Assembly: GCA_963841735.1 (NCBI GenBank)
Contig: CAWJDT010000004.1
Location: 96,001-160,000 of the forward strand
DNA: 64,000 nucleotides
Reading direction: 5' to 3'
From: an uncultured Actinomycetes bacterium
GTDB lineage: Bacteria; Actinomycetota; Thermoleophilia; RBG-16-64-13
Shown: one piece after another, positions 31,418 to 40,315 of the stretch
How the letters are laid out: every line of letters starts with the position of its first letter
Position numbering within the stretch: the stretch's first letter is position 1
The notes under the pieces: generated by a model
Told to the model about the DNA's origin: nothing
The model's input: only the letters and a program-made list of their open reading frames with translations
Database searches by the model: none
Made by a program: the position numbers and the translations under genes

Positions 31418-32797
31418 ATGGCGGCGATGATCGACTGTGCCCGGCCGGATACTTACTATCTGCGCTCGTTCGGGTGCCAGATGAACGACCACGACTCCGA
31501 ACGCATCGCCGGATTGCTGGAAGAGCTGGGCTATTCGAGAGTGGTCGCTCCCGAAGAAGCTAGGCTTCTCGTGTACAACACATGCTCCATACGCGAGAAG
31601 GCCGACAGCCGCTTGGCGGGTCATCTCGGTGATGCGGGCCGCATGAAGAGGGAAGACCCCAGTCGGCAGGTGGTGGTGGCTGGCTGTCTTGCCCAGAGCC
31701 GGCGAGAGGAGTTTCTCGTCGACTTTCCTTTTGTCGACGTGCTTGTCGGACCGCAAAGCCTGCGCGAACTGCCGGGGTTGCTGGAGAAACGGCGGGTAAC
31801 GGGGCAATGTGCCGGCGCCTTCCAGGACGTGACCAGCTGCTTGAGCGCGGATCTGCCGCGGGTGCGGACTGCTGGGCCCAGCGCCTGGGTGCAGATCACA
31901 GCCGGTTGCAGCAACTTCTGCTCGTACTGCATCGTGCCGTATGTGCGCGGACCTGAGTCGTCGCGTCAGGCGGAGGACATCATCGCCGAAGTGGGAGACT
32001 TGGCGCGGGCCGGTGTGCGGGCAGTCACCCTGCTGGGCCAGAACGTCAACGCCTACGGCAAGGAGCCGGGATTCGCCGGTAGTGAGACCTTTGTCGATCT
32101 GCTCAAGGCTGTGTGCGCGGTGCCGCGGATAGAGCGGGTCCGGTTCATGACCTCTCACCCCAAGGACGTCTCTGCCGGGTTGATCCATTTGCTGGGCGAG
32201 CCGAACGAGCTGTGCGAGCATGTCCACCTTCCGGCGCAGTCGGGGAGCGACCGCATCCTAGAGGCCATGCGCAGGGGTTACAGTCGCGCGTCATATATCG
32301 ACGTTGTGCAGCAATTGCGCAGGGCGGTTGGGGAACTGACGCTGACCACCGACCTGATCGTCGGCTTCCCCGGGGAAACGGAGGACGATTTCCGGGAGAC
32401 GCTCTCACTGGTGGAGGAGTGTCAATTCGATGCTGCCTTCACTTTCGTATATTCACCCCGGCGGCAGACCGCGGCAGCGGAGCTACCCGGGAGGCTTGAT
32501 CGGGCGGTGGCCCAAGAGCGTATGGCGCGGCTGGTGGAGGTGGTACAACGCATCGGCAGAGAGCGCAACGAGGCGATGCTCGGACGTGTGCTCGAGGTCA
32601 TGGTGGAACGAGCCGATCGCCGAGGACAAGGGGCCGTGATGGGCCGCACCCGCGGCCACAAACCCGTGAACTTTCGATCGACGGCCGCCTCGGGCGATCT
32701 GGTGATGGTGGAGTTGATCGAAGCCACGTCCACGAGCTTCACGGGTAAGCAGGTGGAGCGGTCCGGGAAGACGCCGGCGAGAGACGTGAGCACGTGA
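31418..32797 (+). CDS. miaB: tRNA-2-methylthio-N6-dimethylallyladenosine synthase; start uncertain
   Basis: FGCQMNDHDSE, NTCSIRE, CSNFCSYC, IVGFPGETE, TRAM domain. Confidence 0.95.
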   Translation: MAAMIDCARPDTYYLRSFGCQMNDHDSERIAGLLEELGYSRVVAPEEARLLVYNTCSIREKADSRLAGHLGDAGRMKREDPSRQVVVAGCLAQSRREEFLVDFPFVDVLVGPQSLRELPGLLEKRRVTGQCAGAFQDVTSCLSADLPRVRTAGPSAWVQITAGCSNFCSYCIVPYVRGPESSRQAEDIIAEVGDLARAGVRAVTLLGQNVNAYGKEPGFAGSETFVDLLKAVCAVPRIERVRFMTSHPKDVSAGLIHLLGEPNELCEHVHLPAQSGSDRILEAMRRGYSRASYIDVVQQLRRAVGELTLTTDLIVGFPGETEDDFRETLSLVEECQFDAAFTFVYSPRRQTAAAELPGRLDRAVAQERMARLVEVVQRIGRERNEAMLGRVLEVMVERADRRGQGAVMGRTRGHKPVNFRSTAASGDLVMVELIEATSTSFTGKQVERSGKTPARDVST

Positions 32798-33792
32798 GCG
32801 ATACCGAGGAACCCAGGGCGGGCTCGGAGGAGCGCGGCTCAGGCAGGGTGATAGGCCTCCTGGGACCCACCGGAGCGGGCAAGACGGCAGTGGGCGTGGA
32901 ACTCGCCAGATTGCTTGGTGTCGGGGTCATCTCCTGCGATTCCATGCAGATATACCGCGGCTTCTCCGTGCTGACCAATCAGCCAACGGTGTTGGAGGCC
33001 GGGGGAGTGCCGCACGCGTTGATGGGGTGCATCGAGCCCGGGGTTTCCTTTTCGGCTGGGGAGTACGCGGCTCTTGCCCGGCCGCTGATCGAAGAGAGTC
33101 TTTCGACCTGGGGCTGGGCCTTGGTCGTTGGCGGGAGCGGTCTATACATGAGGGCCGCTCTTGCGCCGCTGGCCATGCCGGCCGGGAGCGACCCGGAGCG
33201 GCGAAAAGTGCTGGAAGCCCGTCTGGAGAGCGAAGGGGCCGAAGCGCTGCACGCCGAGTTGGCAACCATCGACCCGGTGGCTGCTCAGGCGATCGATCCG
33301 CGCAACTCACGTCGGGTAGTCCGGGCGCTGGAGGCGGTGGGCGCCACCGGCAGGGAATGGTCGGGCCGGAGCGATCTATGGGAACCGGTCTACGACCACC
33401 CCACTACGTTGGTCGGCCTAGTCTCGGAGCGGACTTCACTCTACGACCGCATCGACGCCCGTGCGACCGCGATCGTGGGCGGAGGGGCTGTCGATGAAGT
33501 GCGCAGCTTCCGAGGGATGTCAGGGCCCGTCTCGACCATGCCGGGGTTGCCGGGAATCTGTAGCGCCATCGGCTATCCGGAGATATGCCGCTATCTAGAG
33601 GGGCTCCAGAGTCTTCAAGAGACCGTTGCCCAGGTCGCCGGGGCCACGCGTAGGTACGCCCGGAGGCAGCTCACTTGGCTGTCCAAGCTCGGGGACGCTG
33701 TTATCATTGACCCCGGACACAGGAGTGCGCGCGACGTCGCGCGGGACATACTCCATATTGCTAGGTCAGAAGAAGACGCAAGGGAGCGATAG
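32794..33792 (+). CDS. miaA: tRNA dimethylallyltransferase
   Basis: GPTGAGKT, DSMQIYR, VGGSGLY, TRRYARRQLTW. Confidence 0.96.
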   Translation: MSDTEEPRAGSEERGSGRVIGLLGPTGAGKTAVGVELARLLGVGVISCDSMQIYRGFSVLTNQPTVLEAGGVPHALMGCIEPGVSFSAGEYAALARPLIEESLSTWGWALVVGGSGLYMRAALAPLAMPAGSDPERRKVLEARLESEGAEALHAELATIDPVAAQAIDPRNSRRVVRALEAVGATGREWSGRSDLWEPVYDHPTTLVGLVSERTSLYDRIDARATAIVGGGAVDEVRSFRGMSGPVSTMPGLPGICSAIGYPEICRYLEGLQSLQETVAQVAGATRRYARRQLTWLSKLGDAVIIDPGHRSARDVARDILHIARSEEDARER

Positions 33793-33797
33793 ACTCC

Positions 33798-34685
33798 GTG
33801 AAGTTCGCAAAGTGGCAGGGTATCGGCAACGACTACCTCATCGTGGAAGAGGAGTCACTTCCGGTTGCTCTGGATCCGGTCGCGGTCAGGATATTGTGTG
33901 ACCGTCATTTGGGGGTAGGCTCTGACGGGGTTCTGCTTCTGGGCCGGCCGACCGGCGCGGTTGCGGGAGCGGTGGCGCGCATGCGGGTGTTTAATCCCGA
34001 CGGCAGCGAGTCGGAGATGTGCGGCAACGGTATACGCATGTTCGCCAGATATCTGGTGGCGACAGGCCAGAGCCAAGGTAGCGAGTTCGTCGTGGAGACC
34101 TTGGCGGGGGCTATCAGACCTAGCCTACGGCCCGACGGTAGCGTCCGGGTGGATATGGGCAAGGCCCTGTTCTGTAGTGCGAACATCGCCGGCCATTGCG
34201 GCGACGGCGATGTGGTCGACGCGACGTTGATCGCGGAGGGTCAGCAATACCAGTTCACCTTCGTCGACGTGGGCAATCCTCACTGCGTGATGGTGGTGGA
34301 CGACCCGGATACGTTTGACGTGGCCGGAGTGGGTAGCCTCATCGAGCGTGACCCCATCTTTCCCAACCGTGTCAATGTGGAGTTTATTCGGTTGCTGTCC
34401 GACGGGTCGGTGCAGATGCGGGTGTGGGAGCGCGGGGTGGGCGAGACTCAGGCCTGCGGCACGGGAGCGACGGCGGTGGGAGCAGCGTGCGTCCGGCTAG
34501 GGCTGGCGGAGAGTCCTGTTTTGGTGCACCTGCTGGGCGGCGACCTTAACATAGAGGTGGAAGCCGGCGAGCCCTATCGAGTCTTTATGACAGGCCCGGC
34601 GGAGGAAGTATTCACGGGCCGACTTTCGGCAGATATTGTGCGTCGGCTGGCATGGCCGGCGGCCCGGACCGAGCAACGGCCCTGA
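33798..34685 (+). CDS. dapF: Diaminopimelate epimerase
   Basis: GIGNDY, EMCGNGIR, GNPHC, ERGVGETQACGTG. Confidence 0.96.
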   Translation: MKFAKWQGIGNDYLIVEEESLPVALDPVAVRILCDRHLGVGSDGVLLLGRPTGAVAGAVARMRVFNPDGSESEMCGNGIRMFARYLVATGQSQGSEFVVETLAGAIRPSLRPDGSVRVDMGKALFCSANIAGHCGDGDVVDATLIAEGQQYQFTFVDVGNPHCVMVVDDPDTFDVAGVGSLIERDPIFPNRVNVEFIRLLSDGSVQMRVWERGVGETQACGTGATAVGAACVRLGLAESPVLVHLLGGDLNIEVEAGEPYRVFMTGPAEEVFTGRLSADIVRRLAWPAARTEQRP

Positions 34686-34713
34686 GCGGCCATCAGCCAA
34701 CGAGGAGGCGAAC

Positions 34714-35877
34714 GTGAAGTTCTCCCGGCGCATGGACAACCTTGCTCCGTACCTATTCGCGGAGATGGAACGCAAGATCGCGGACAAGCGGAACAGTGGC
34801 GTGGATGTGATCAGCCTGGGCATCGGTGACCCTGATCTGCCCACACCCGCGTATATAGTGGAGGAGATGCAACGCCAGGTAGCCGACGCAGCCAACCACC
34901 GCTATCCGAGCAACTGGGGCCTGCGGGATTTTGGGGAGGCGGCCGCTTCCTTCTACCGGCGCAGATTCGGTGTGGAGCTCGACCCGGGCAAGGAGTTCTT
35001 CCCCTTGTTGGGGGCCAAGGAGGGTCTGGCTCACATATGCTGGGCGTTGCTGGACGCCGGCGATTTGGCTTTGGTACCTGATCCGGGATACCCGGTGTAC
35101 GCGGGTGGGTCTCTCATCGTGGGAGCGGAGGTCAAATACCTGAATCTTAGCCCGGAGAAAGGGTTTCTTCCCGACTTGGATGAGATCAGCGAAGAAGAGG
35201 CCCGGCGGGCGAAGGTTCTCTTCATTGGCTACCCAAACAATCCCACAGCCGCTGTGGTTGAGGATGGTTTCTTCGAGCGAGTGGTGGCCTTTGCCAAGAA
35301 GTACGACGTGGCGGTAGTGCACGACAACGCCTACTCGGAGCTCACTTACGACGGATACGTCGCTCCGAGTTTTCTGAGCGTGCCGGGGGCCAAGGACGTA
35401 GGCGTGGAGTTGTTCAGCTTCTCGAAGCCTTTCAACATGACGGGCTGGCGCATAGGGTTCGCGGTGGGAAATCACGAGATCCTGGCGCACTTATGGAGAC
35501 TGAAGACCAATATGGATTCGGGCATGTTCGACGCTCTGCAGAGGACGGCGGCTTTCATTCTAAACGGGCCTTGGGACTCTGTGCGTGAGATGTGCTCCAT
35601 CTACGCCCGCCGCCGCGACCTGCTGGCCGAGGCCCTCACCTCAGTGGGGATTTCTGTTCCCAAGCCCAGGGCGACCGTGTACATGTGGGTCCCGGTGCCG
35701 CAGGGATACACGTCGGCTTCTTTTAGCGAGCACGTCCTAGAACAGGCAGGCGTTGTGGTGACTCCAGGCCGTGGCTACGGCCCAGCCGGGGAGGGCTTCG
35801 TGCGGTTGTCGCTGACTACCGCCGACGAGCGCATAGCCGAAGCGGTGGCACGGATCGAACGTTCCCTGCGGCTGTAG
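34714..35877 (+). CDS. dapL: LL-diaminopimelate aminotransferase (class I/II PLP enzyme)
   Basis: LGIGDPDLPTP, YPNNPT, HDNAY, SFSKPFNMTGWRIG; directly after dapF. Confidence 0.85.
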   Translation: MKFSRRMDNLAPYLFAEMERKIADKRNSGVDVISLGIGDPDLPTPAYIVEEMQRQVADAANHRYPSNWGLRDFGEAAASFYRRRFGVELDPGKEFFPLLGAKEGLAHICWALLDAGDLALVPDPGYPVYAGGSLIVGAEVKYLNLSPEKGFLPDLDEISEEEARRAKVLFIGYPNNPTAAVVEDGFFERVVAFAKKYDVAVVHDNAYSELTYDGYVAPSFLSVPGAKDVGVELFSFSKPFNMTGWRIGFAVGNHEILAHLWRLKTNMDSGMFDALQRTAAFILNGPWDSVREMCSIYARRRDLLAEALTSVGISVPKPRATVYMWVPVPQGYTSASFSEHVLEQAGVVVTPGRGYGPAGEGFVRLSLTTADERIAEAVARIERSLRL

Positions 35878-35922
35878 TGCTCGTCAACCGACCAAGAACA
35901 CGAGGGGAGCGGGACCGGTCGC

Positions 35923-36351
35923 GTGGAAATTGAGGTCAAGCTGCTTCATCCCGCGGCGCGCGTTCCTGTGCGCGCCCATGCGGGCGATGCCGGGGCGGAC
36001 TTGTGTTCCGTTGAGGAGACAAGCATCCCTGCGGGTGAGCGGCGTGATGTGGGTACCGGTCTGGCTCTAGCTATTCCCAGTGGATATGCAGGTTTTGTGC
36101 AGCCTCGCTCAGGGCTGGCCTTCAAGCACGGCATCATGGTGGTGAACTCACCAGGCCTTATTGACGCCGGCTACAGGGGAGAAGTGCGTGTGAGCCTCTA
36201 CAACTCCGGGAGCGACAGTTTCCTGGTCAAAGTCGGGGAGCGCATAGCCCAACTGGTGGTGCAACGGGTCGAAGAGCCGGCTTTTGTCGAGACGGTCACA
36301 ATGACCGATACTGTGCGCGGTCAAGGCGGGTTCGGCAGCAGCGGGCGCTGA
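35923..36351 (+). CDS. dut: dUTP diphosphatase
   Basis: AGADL, PRSGLA, GLIDAGYRGE, RIAQLV, RGQGGFGSSG. Confidence 0.97.
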   Translation: MEIEVKLLHPAARVPVRAHAGDAGADLCSVEETSIPAGERRDVGTGLALAIPSGYAGFVQPRSGLAFKHGIMVVNSPGLIDAGYRGEVRVSLYNSGSDSFLVKVGERIAQLVVQRVEEPAFVETVTMTDTVRGQGGFGSSGR

Positions 36352-36430
36352 GGCGCTTTCCCCGGTTCGGCCAACGGGCCACTCTTCGGACATCCAATTT
36401 CCTCTGCGAGGCTGTTTGATGGCTGTCTTG

Positions 36431-36450
36431 CGCCAAAGTGCGTCAAAAGT
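36431..36450 (+). repeat. 20-bp motif copy 1 (CGCCAAAGTGCGTCAAAAGT) upstream of first pilin
   Basis: 18/20 identical to 38444-38463. Confidence 0.75.
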
Positions 36451-36464
36451 ACTACACGAAGGGC

Positions 36465-36491
36465 TCAAGTCCGGTCGCAGAATGCCGATAG
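36465..36491 (+). promoter_or_regulatory. Sigma-28 (FliA/WhiG-type) promoter TCAA-N15-GCCGATAG
   Basis: Matches TAAA-N15-GCCGATAA consensus at 3/4 and 7/8 with exact spacing; 52 nt before pilin ATG. Confidence 0.7.
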
Positions 36492-36543
36492 GAATCACGG
36501 TGCCCAATACAGACACTAGAATACTTTCGGACCCAAGGAGGAA

Positions 36544-37041
36544 ATGCAAATGTTCAAGTTGATCCACAAAAGGATGAAGGGCGAGAAAGGTTTCACCCTC
36601 ATCGAACTCCTGGTGGTGATTATCATCATCGCCATTCTGGCAGCGATCGCCATCCCGACCTTCCTCGGCCAGCGCCAGAAGGCTCAGGACGCTTCTGCTA
36701 AGTCCCTCGTCCGCAATGCCATGACTGCCATCGAATCCTCCTACGTCGACCTGAGAGACTTCTCCGTAGCTGGCATGACATCAGACGTTCTCGAGGCAAT
36801 CGAGCCCGCCATCACATTCAATGCGGTTGCTACGGGCGTGGCACTGACTGCTGCTCCCGGCGGCGCAACTGAAGACAACGCAGTCGGCTACTTCGGCGAT
36901 GATCAGACGTACGAGGTCGGGTCCTTGGCCGAGTCCGGAACGGCTTGGTCAGTGTCCGTAGACAAGAGTTCCACTGGTACCGGCACCACCTACTACAAGA
37001 TCAGCGACGCCGAAGACGCTGCGGCTGTTGAGGGTTGGTAA
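36544..37041 (+). CDS. Type IV pilin, probable major pilin
   Basis: KG|FTLIELLVVIIIIAILAAIAIP class III signal; strong AAGGAGG RBS. Confidence 0.92.
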   Translation: MQMFKLIHKRMKGEKGFTLIELLVVIIIIAILAAIAIPTFLGQRQKAQDASAKSLVRNAMTAIESSYVDLRDFSVAGMTSDVLEAIEPAITFNAVATGVALTAAPGGATEDNAVGYFGDDQTYEVGSLAESGTAWSVSVDKSSTGTGTTYYKISDAEDAAAVEGW

Positions 37042-37117
37042 CAGCCTGACGGCTCTGCCGCTGGGCTAAGTAATCGGCCATCGCTGGTCTGATTCCTGAA
37101 GCTACATACCGACGACA

Positions 37118-37153
37118 GGGGGCAACGGGCCCGCAAGAGGATCCGTTGCCCCC
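37118..37153 (+). terminator. Strong hairpin after first pilin (terminator or stabiliser)
   Basis: GGGGGCAACGG...CCGTTGCCCCC perfect 11-bp stem; no U-tract. Confidence 0.65.
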
Positions 37154-37194
37154 CGTGCTATCTAGGGAGTACCAGAGTGGGCGGTGGAAGAGCC

Positions 37195-37812
37195 ATGGTT
37201 CGCGCGAAATTGGAACGACGGAGCGTCAAGCGAATCGCTTGGTGTGGCGCGGTGATAGTCTCGGTGTTGTTGTCCGTGTCAGCGCCAGGGTGTTCCAACC
37301 CGCTCGCGAAGGCAGATCACTTGGCGGCTGTCGGTGACCTAGCTGGAGCGGAGGCCATCTACAAGGACGTGCTGGCTTCAGAGCCTGACGACTTGCGGGC
37401 ACTAAGCGGACTGGCAGCGGCGCTCAGCGTGCAGGGCAAGCACGACGAAGCCCTGCCCATCCAGGAGCAAGTGGTGGCCGCCGATCCGGACGAAGTCCAG
37501 ATCAGGGTGGAGTTGGGGTTCAACTATCTCAACCACCAGGATCGGAGTGCGGACGCGGTGCGGGTCCTGGCTGAGGCGGCCGTGCTCGACGGCAGCGCGA
37601 AGTATCTGACCTTCCTGGGCCAGGCTCAGATCAAGGCTGGGCAGCACGGAGACGCAGAGATATCTCTGAGGGAGGCCATGGCGGTCGACCCGCAGTACGC
37701 CTATTCGTATTCTGTGCTCGTGCGTATGTTGGAGGACGACATGAGGCCCTCGGATGCGGCTGAACTTCGCCAGTTGGCTGTATCTCGCGGCGTGAACATA
37801 GTGATTCCATAG
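37195..37812 (+). CDS. TPR-repeat putative lipoprotein
   Basis: Basic N-terminus, hydrophobic stretch, APG|C; TPR-like repeats (AEAIYKDVLASEPDD, LGQAQ..AG...DAE..LREAMAVDP). Confidence 0.75.
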   Translation: MVRAKLERRSVKRIAWCGAVIVSVLLSVSAPGCSNPLAKADHLAAVGDLAGAEAIYKDVLASEPDDLRALSGLAAALSVQGKHDEALPIQEQVVAADPDEVQIRVELGFNYLNHQDRSADAVRVLAEAAVLDGSAKYLTFLGQAQIKAGQHGDAEISLREAMAVDPQYAYSYSVLVRMLEDDMRPSDAAELRQLAVSRGVNIVIP

Positions 37813-37863
37813 CCGCCCACTCAAGAGCGGGGCGGGATTCGTTTGCGAAGGGAGGTGCCGGGA

Positions 37864-38364
37864 ATGAAGGGTATATTCCGAGATTGCGAAGGGAGCCAGA
37901 AGGGCTTCACACTGATCGAGCTTCTGATTGTGATCATCGTGATTGCCATCCTGTGCGCCATCGCCATCCCTACGTTCTTGGGTCAGCGCGAAAGAGCTAA
38001 CGACACAGCGGCGTATACCCTGGTGCGGAACGGTCTGACGGTAGTGCAAACCGCATTCACGGACACAGGCGACTACACAGAGATGGACGTGGACATGCTG
38101 AACGAGATCGACACGTCCATGACGTGGGTGGACAACGAGGGCGACCTGGTCAGCACGTCGCCGCCGGGCATAACGGCGGGCGTTGTGGCAGACGCCATCG
38201 ACAAGAAGATAGCCGTGAACTTCAAGTCCTCGGACGTGGTCGAACTTGCCAGCAAGAGCGCCAGCGGCAATTGGTTCGGCATACGGATAGACACGCAGGA
38301 CCTCAGTGAAACCGGGTTTGTCAAGGTTAAGCTAGTGGACGGCAGCGCCGACCTGGGTTGGTAG
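37864..38364 (+). CDS. Type IV pilin paralog
   Basis: KG|FTLIELLIVIIVIAILCAIAIPTFLGQR; N-terminus nearly identical to first pilin. Confidence 0.9.
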   Translation: MKGIFRDCEGSQKGFTLIELLIVIIVIAILCAIAIPTFLGQRERANDTAAYTLVRNGLTVVQTAFTDTGDYTEMDVDMLNEIDTSMTWVDNEGDLVSTSPPGITAGVVADAIDKKIAVNFKSSDVVELASKSASGNWFGIRIDTQDLSETGFVKVKLVDGSADLGW

Positions 38365-38443
38365 TAGCGTAGGGCGCTCGGTTGGCACCGCGCAGTTCTC
38401 CGCTATTCCGCTCTGCTTCTTGTCCTGAAGGCGGGCGCGGGTC

Positions 38444-38463
38444 CGCCAAAGTGCGACGAAAGT
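38444..38463 (+). repeat. 20-bp motif copy 2 (CGCCAAAGTGCGACGAAAGT) upstream of minor pilin operon
   Basis: 18/20 identical to 36431-36450. Confidence 0.75.
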
Positions 38464-38503
38464 CGCTGTCGCCGTTTGCGGGGCGGCCTGTAGTCTCAGG
38501 TTC

Positions 38504-38977
38504 ATGAGACCACGACTCCTCGACACCCCGCCGTCCGGATACAGCCTCATCGAGCTGCTGTTTGTAATTGCCATCCTGGGTATCTGCTTGACCGTCTCTT
38601 CGATATCTGTGGCTGCTGGGCTGCGCACGAACGAAGCGAGGGGGGCGGCGCAAATCTGGCAGACCGCAGCGGCCTGGGCCCAGGTGGGAGTGCTGTGGCA
38701 AGGGGGCAGCACTCAAGTTCAGTACGAAGTCGGAGATCTAGTGGTGGCCAACGACCTCGGGCTGAGCGGTGGGGACTTGGGGCAGTCGGGCCCACCGGTG
38801 CCGGTTACTACCAATCTGGCGCGGTGGCGAGATGGTGATGGCGTCACAGTGAGCTTTGGGGCTCTCGGTGCTCCCGACGGGGGCGGGTCGCTGTACTTTC
38901 AGGCGTGGCGTGGGGCCTACCGGGTGGCTGTCCGTCCGGAAAGCGGCCTGACGGCACGGAGCCGGGTGGACCTTTGA
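38504..38977 (+). CDS. Minor pilin, FimT/FimU/GspH-like
   Basis: G|YSLIELLFVIAILGI prepilin motif; C-terminal VSFGALGAP resembles FimT/GspH. Confidence 0.75.
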   Translation: MRPRLLDTPPSGYSLIELLFVIAILGICLTVSSISVAAGLRTNEARGAAQIWQTAAAWAQVGVLWQGGSTQVQYEVGDLVVANDLGLSGGDLGQSGPPVPVTTNLARWRDGDGVTVSFGALGAPDGGGSLYFQAWRGAYRVAVRPESGLTARSRVDL

Positions 38978-39720
38978 TGAGCAGGAAGACGCCGTTTGGG
39001 AGCGCGGTGGCGTGCATGGCCGGCTCTATCCTGATCGAAGTGGTGATCGCGGTGCTGCTGGCCGGTTTGCTGGTCGGTGAGCTTGCGGCGGGATTCTTGG
39101 GAGCAGAGGATCGAGCCGCACACGTGGAGGCTCAGGCGGCCTCTGTCGGGCCGGATACCGCTGCCTCGGGCGGTGACCCCTGGAGCTGGGGACCTTCGGT
39201 CTCATGGCTTTGCTGGGATGCCGGCCCTGTGCTTCGCGTAGGATCACGACAGCGCGACCGGGCGGAGCAGTTGGTGGCCGGTCTTTGGGCGGACGGCTGG
39301 TTCCTTGGCGAGCAGGGGCTTGGCTCGGACGCCGGCCTGACGATTTCAGCAGCGACCTGGCAGGAGATGCAAGGGCGGGAGCTGGTGGTTCGCATTCGCG
39401 AGAGCGAGGGGGAGTGGGGGCCTCCTTGGCGATCGGTGGTTCCCAATGTGTATGGCGACACCGGCGGAGAGAAAGCTGTTGGGCTGCCGGCGGCCGAACA
39501 GGCTGGAGTTCTGGGCGGGCAGGCGGTTGCGGTGCATGTGCCCTCGCTGGCTACTGCCGTCCTGGAAGCCTCGTGGAGCGATCATCCACAGGAATCCGTG
39601 GGCCTCGGCGCCCCGCTATTCCTTGTTCCTTCGACGTCAGGCCTCAGTGACATAGCCGTCTCAGATAACGTCCAGAGCTGGTTTGGGGAACCGGGCCGTG
39701 CGGTCGACGTTTACTTTTAG
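38977..39720 (+). CDS. Minor pilin, PilV/GspI-like
   Basis: G|SILIEVVIAVLL prepilin-like motif; start overlaps previous stop. Confidence 0.6.
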   Translation: MSRKTPFGSAVACMAGSILIEVVIAVLLAGLLVGELAAGFLGAEDRAAHVEAQAASVGPDTAASGGDPWSWGPSVSWLCWDAGPVLRVGSRQRDRAEQLVAGLWADGWFLGEQGLGSDAGLTISAATWQEMQGRELVVRIRESEGEWGPPWRSVVPNVYGDTGGEKAVGLPAAEQAGVLGGQAVAVHVPSLATAVLEASWSDHPQESVGLGAPLFLVPSTSGLSDIAVSDNVQSWFGEPGRAVDVYF

Positions 39721-40315
39721 GCCGGGGCCTTCAGGCGGCGTTCTAGGGTTCAGCGCGGTGGAACTCCTTATCGGACTTGCGTTGACGGTGTGCTTGGCAT
39801 TGGCCGTCTGCCCGCTGTGGGCTCATATGGATCGGGCAGCCGCGTCGCGGACGGACATGAGTGTGGCTCTCGTGCAGAGCAGGGTGGCGGTGGCTCGCCT
39901 AGAGAGGGACCTGAGGCTTTCTAGCGCAGTCGGGTGCCGTTTCGCAACCGTGGGCCCCATCCTCGAAGCCTCGGTGTCTCAAGTGGTCTTTCTCGAACCG
40001 TGCGTAGCCGGACCCGAACCGTTGCTCGTGGAGTGGGAGGTGAGCGGGGGCGCTCTGATGCGTCGGTGGGGTGCGTGTCCGGCGGTGAGGCCTTCAGCGT
40101 TTGGACACTCGCTGTACTTGGATCATAAAACTATGCTCGAGCAGTTAGATGTGGGCGGGTCCTTCAGTTACCTGGTCGACGGGCTTGCGCTCGAAGGTCC
40201 CGTGCCCGAGTCTGCACTGGCCTCGATAGAAGCAGTGATCCTGGAAGCGCCGATGAGAGTCGCTGGTGGTCCGGGCGCGATGGCGGTGAGAATCTTGGCT
40301 CGGGTGGGCCGATGA
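39698..40315 (+). CDS. Minor pilin, PilW/GspJ-like; start uncertain
   Basis: G|FSAVELLIGLAL motif; RLERDLR amphipathic helix. Confidence 0.7.
   Translation: MRSTFTFRPGPSGGVLGFSAVELLIGLALTVCLALAVCPLWAHMDRAAASRTDMSVALVQSRVAVARLERDLRLSSAVGCRFATVGPILEASVSQVVFLEPCVAGPEPLLVEWEVSGGALMRRWGACPAVRPSAFGHSLYLDHKTMLEQLDVGGSFSYLVDGLALEGPVPESALASIEAVILEAPMRVAGGPGAMAVRILARVGR

Noticed and set aside
36544-37041. Possible electrically conductive (e-pilin) pilin
   Set aside because: About 12 aromatics in 149 mature residues (about 8%), and positions 27 and 32 are Gln rather than the Tyr of Geobacter PilA
37118-37153. Possible c-di-GMP riboswitch near the pilin
   Set aside because: Only a simple perfect hairpin downstream of the gene; GEMM consensus elements not found
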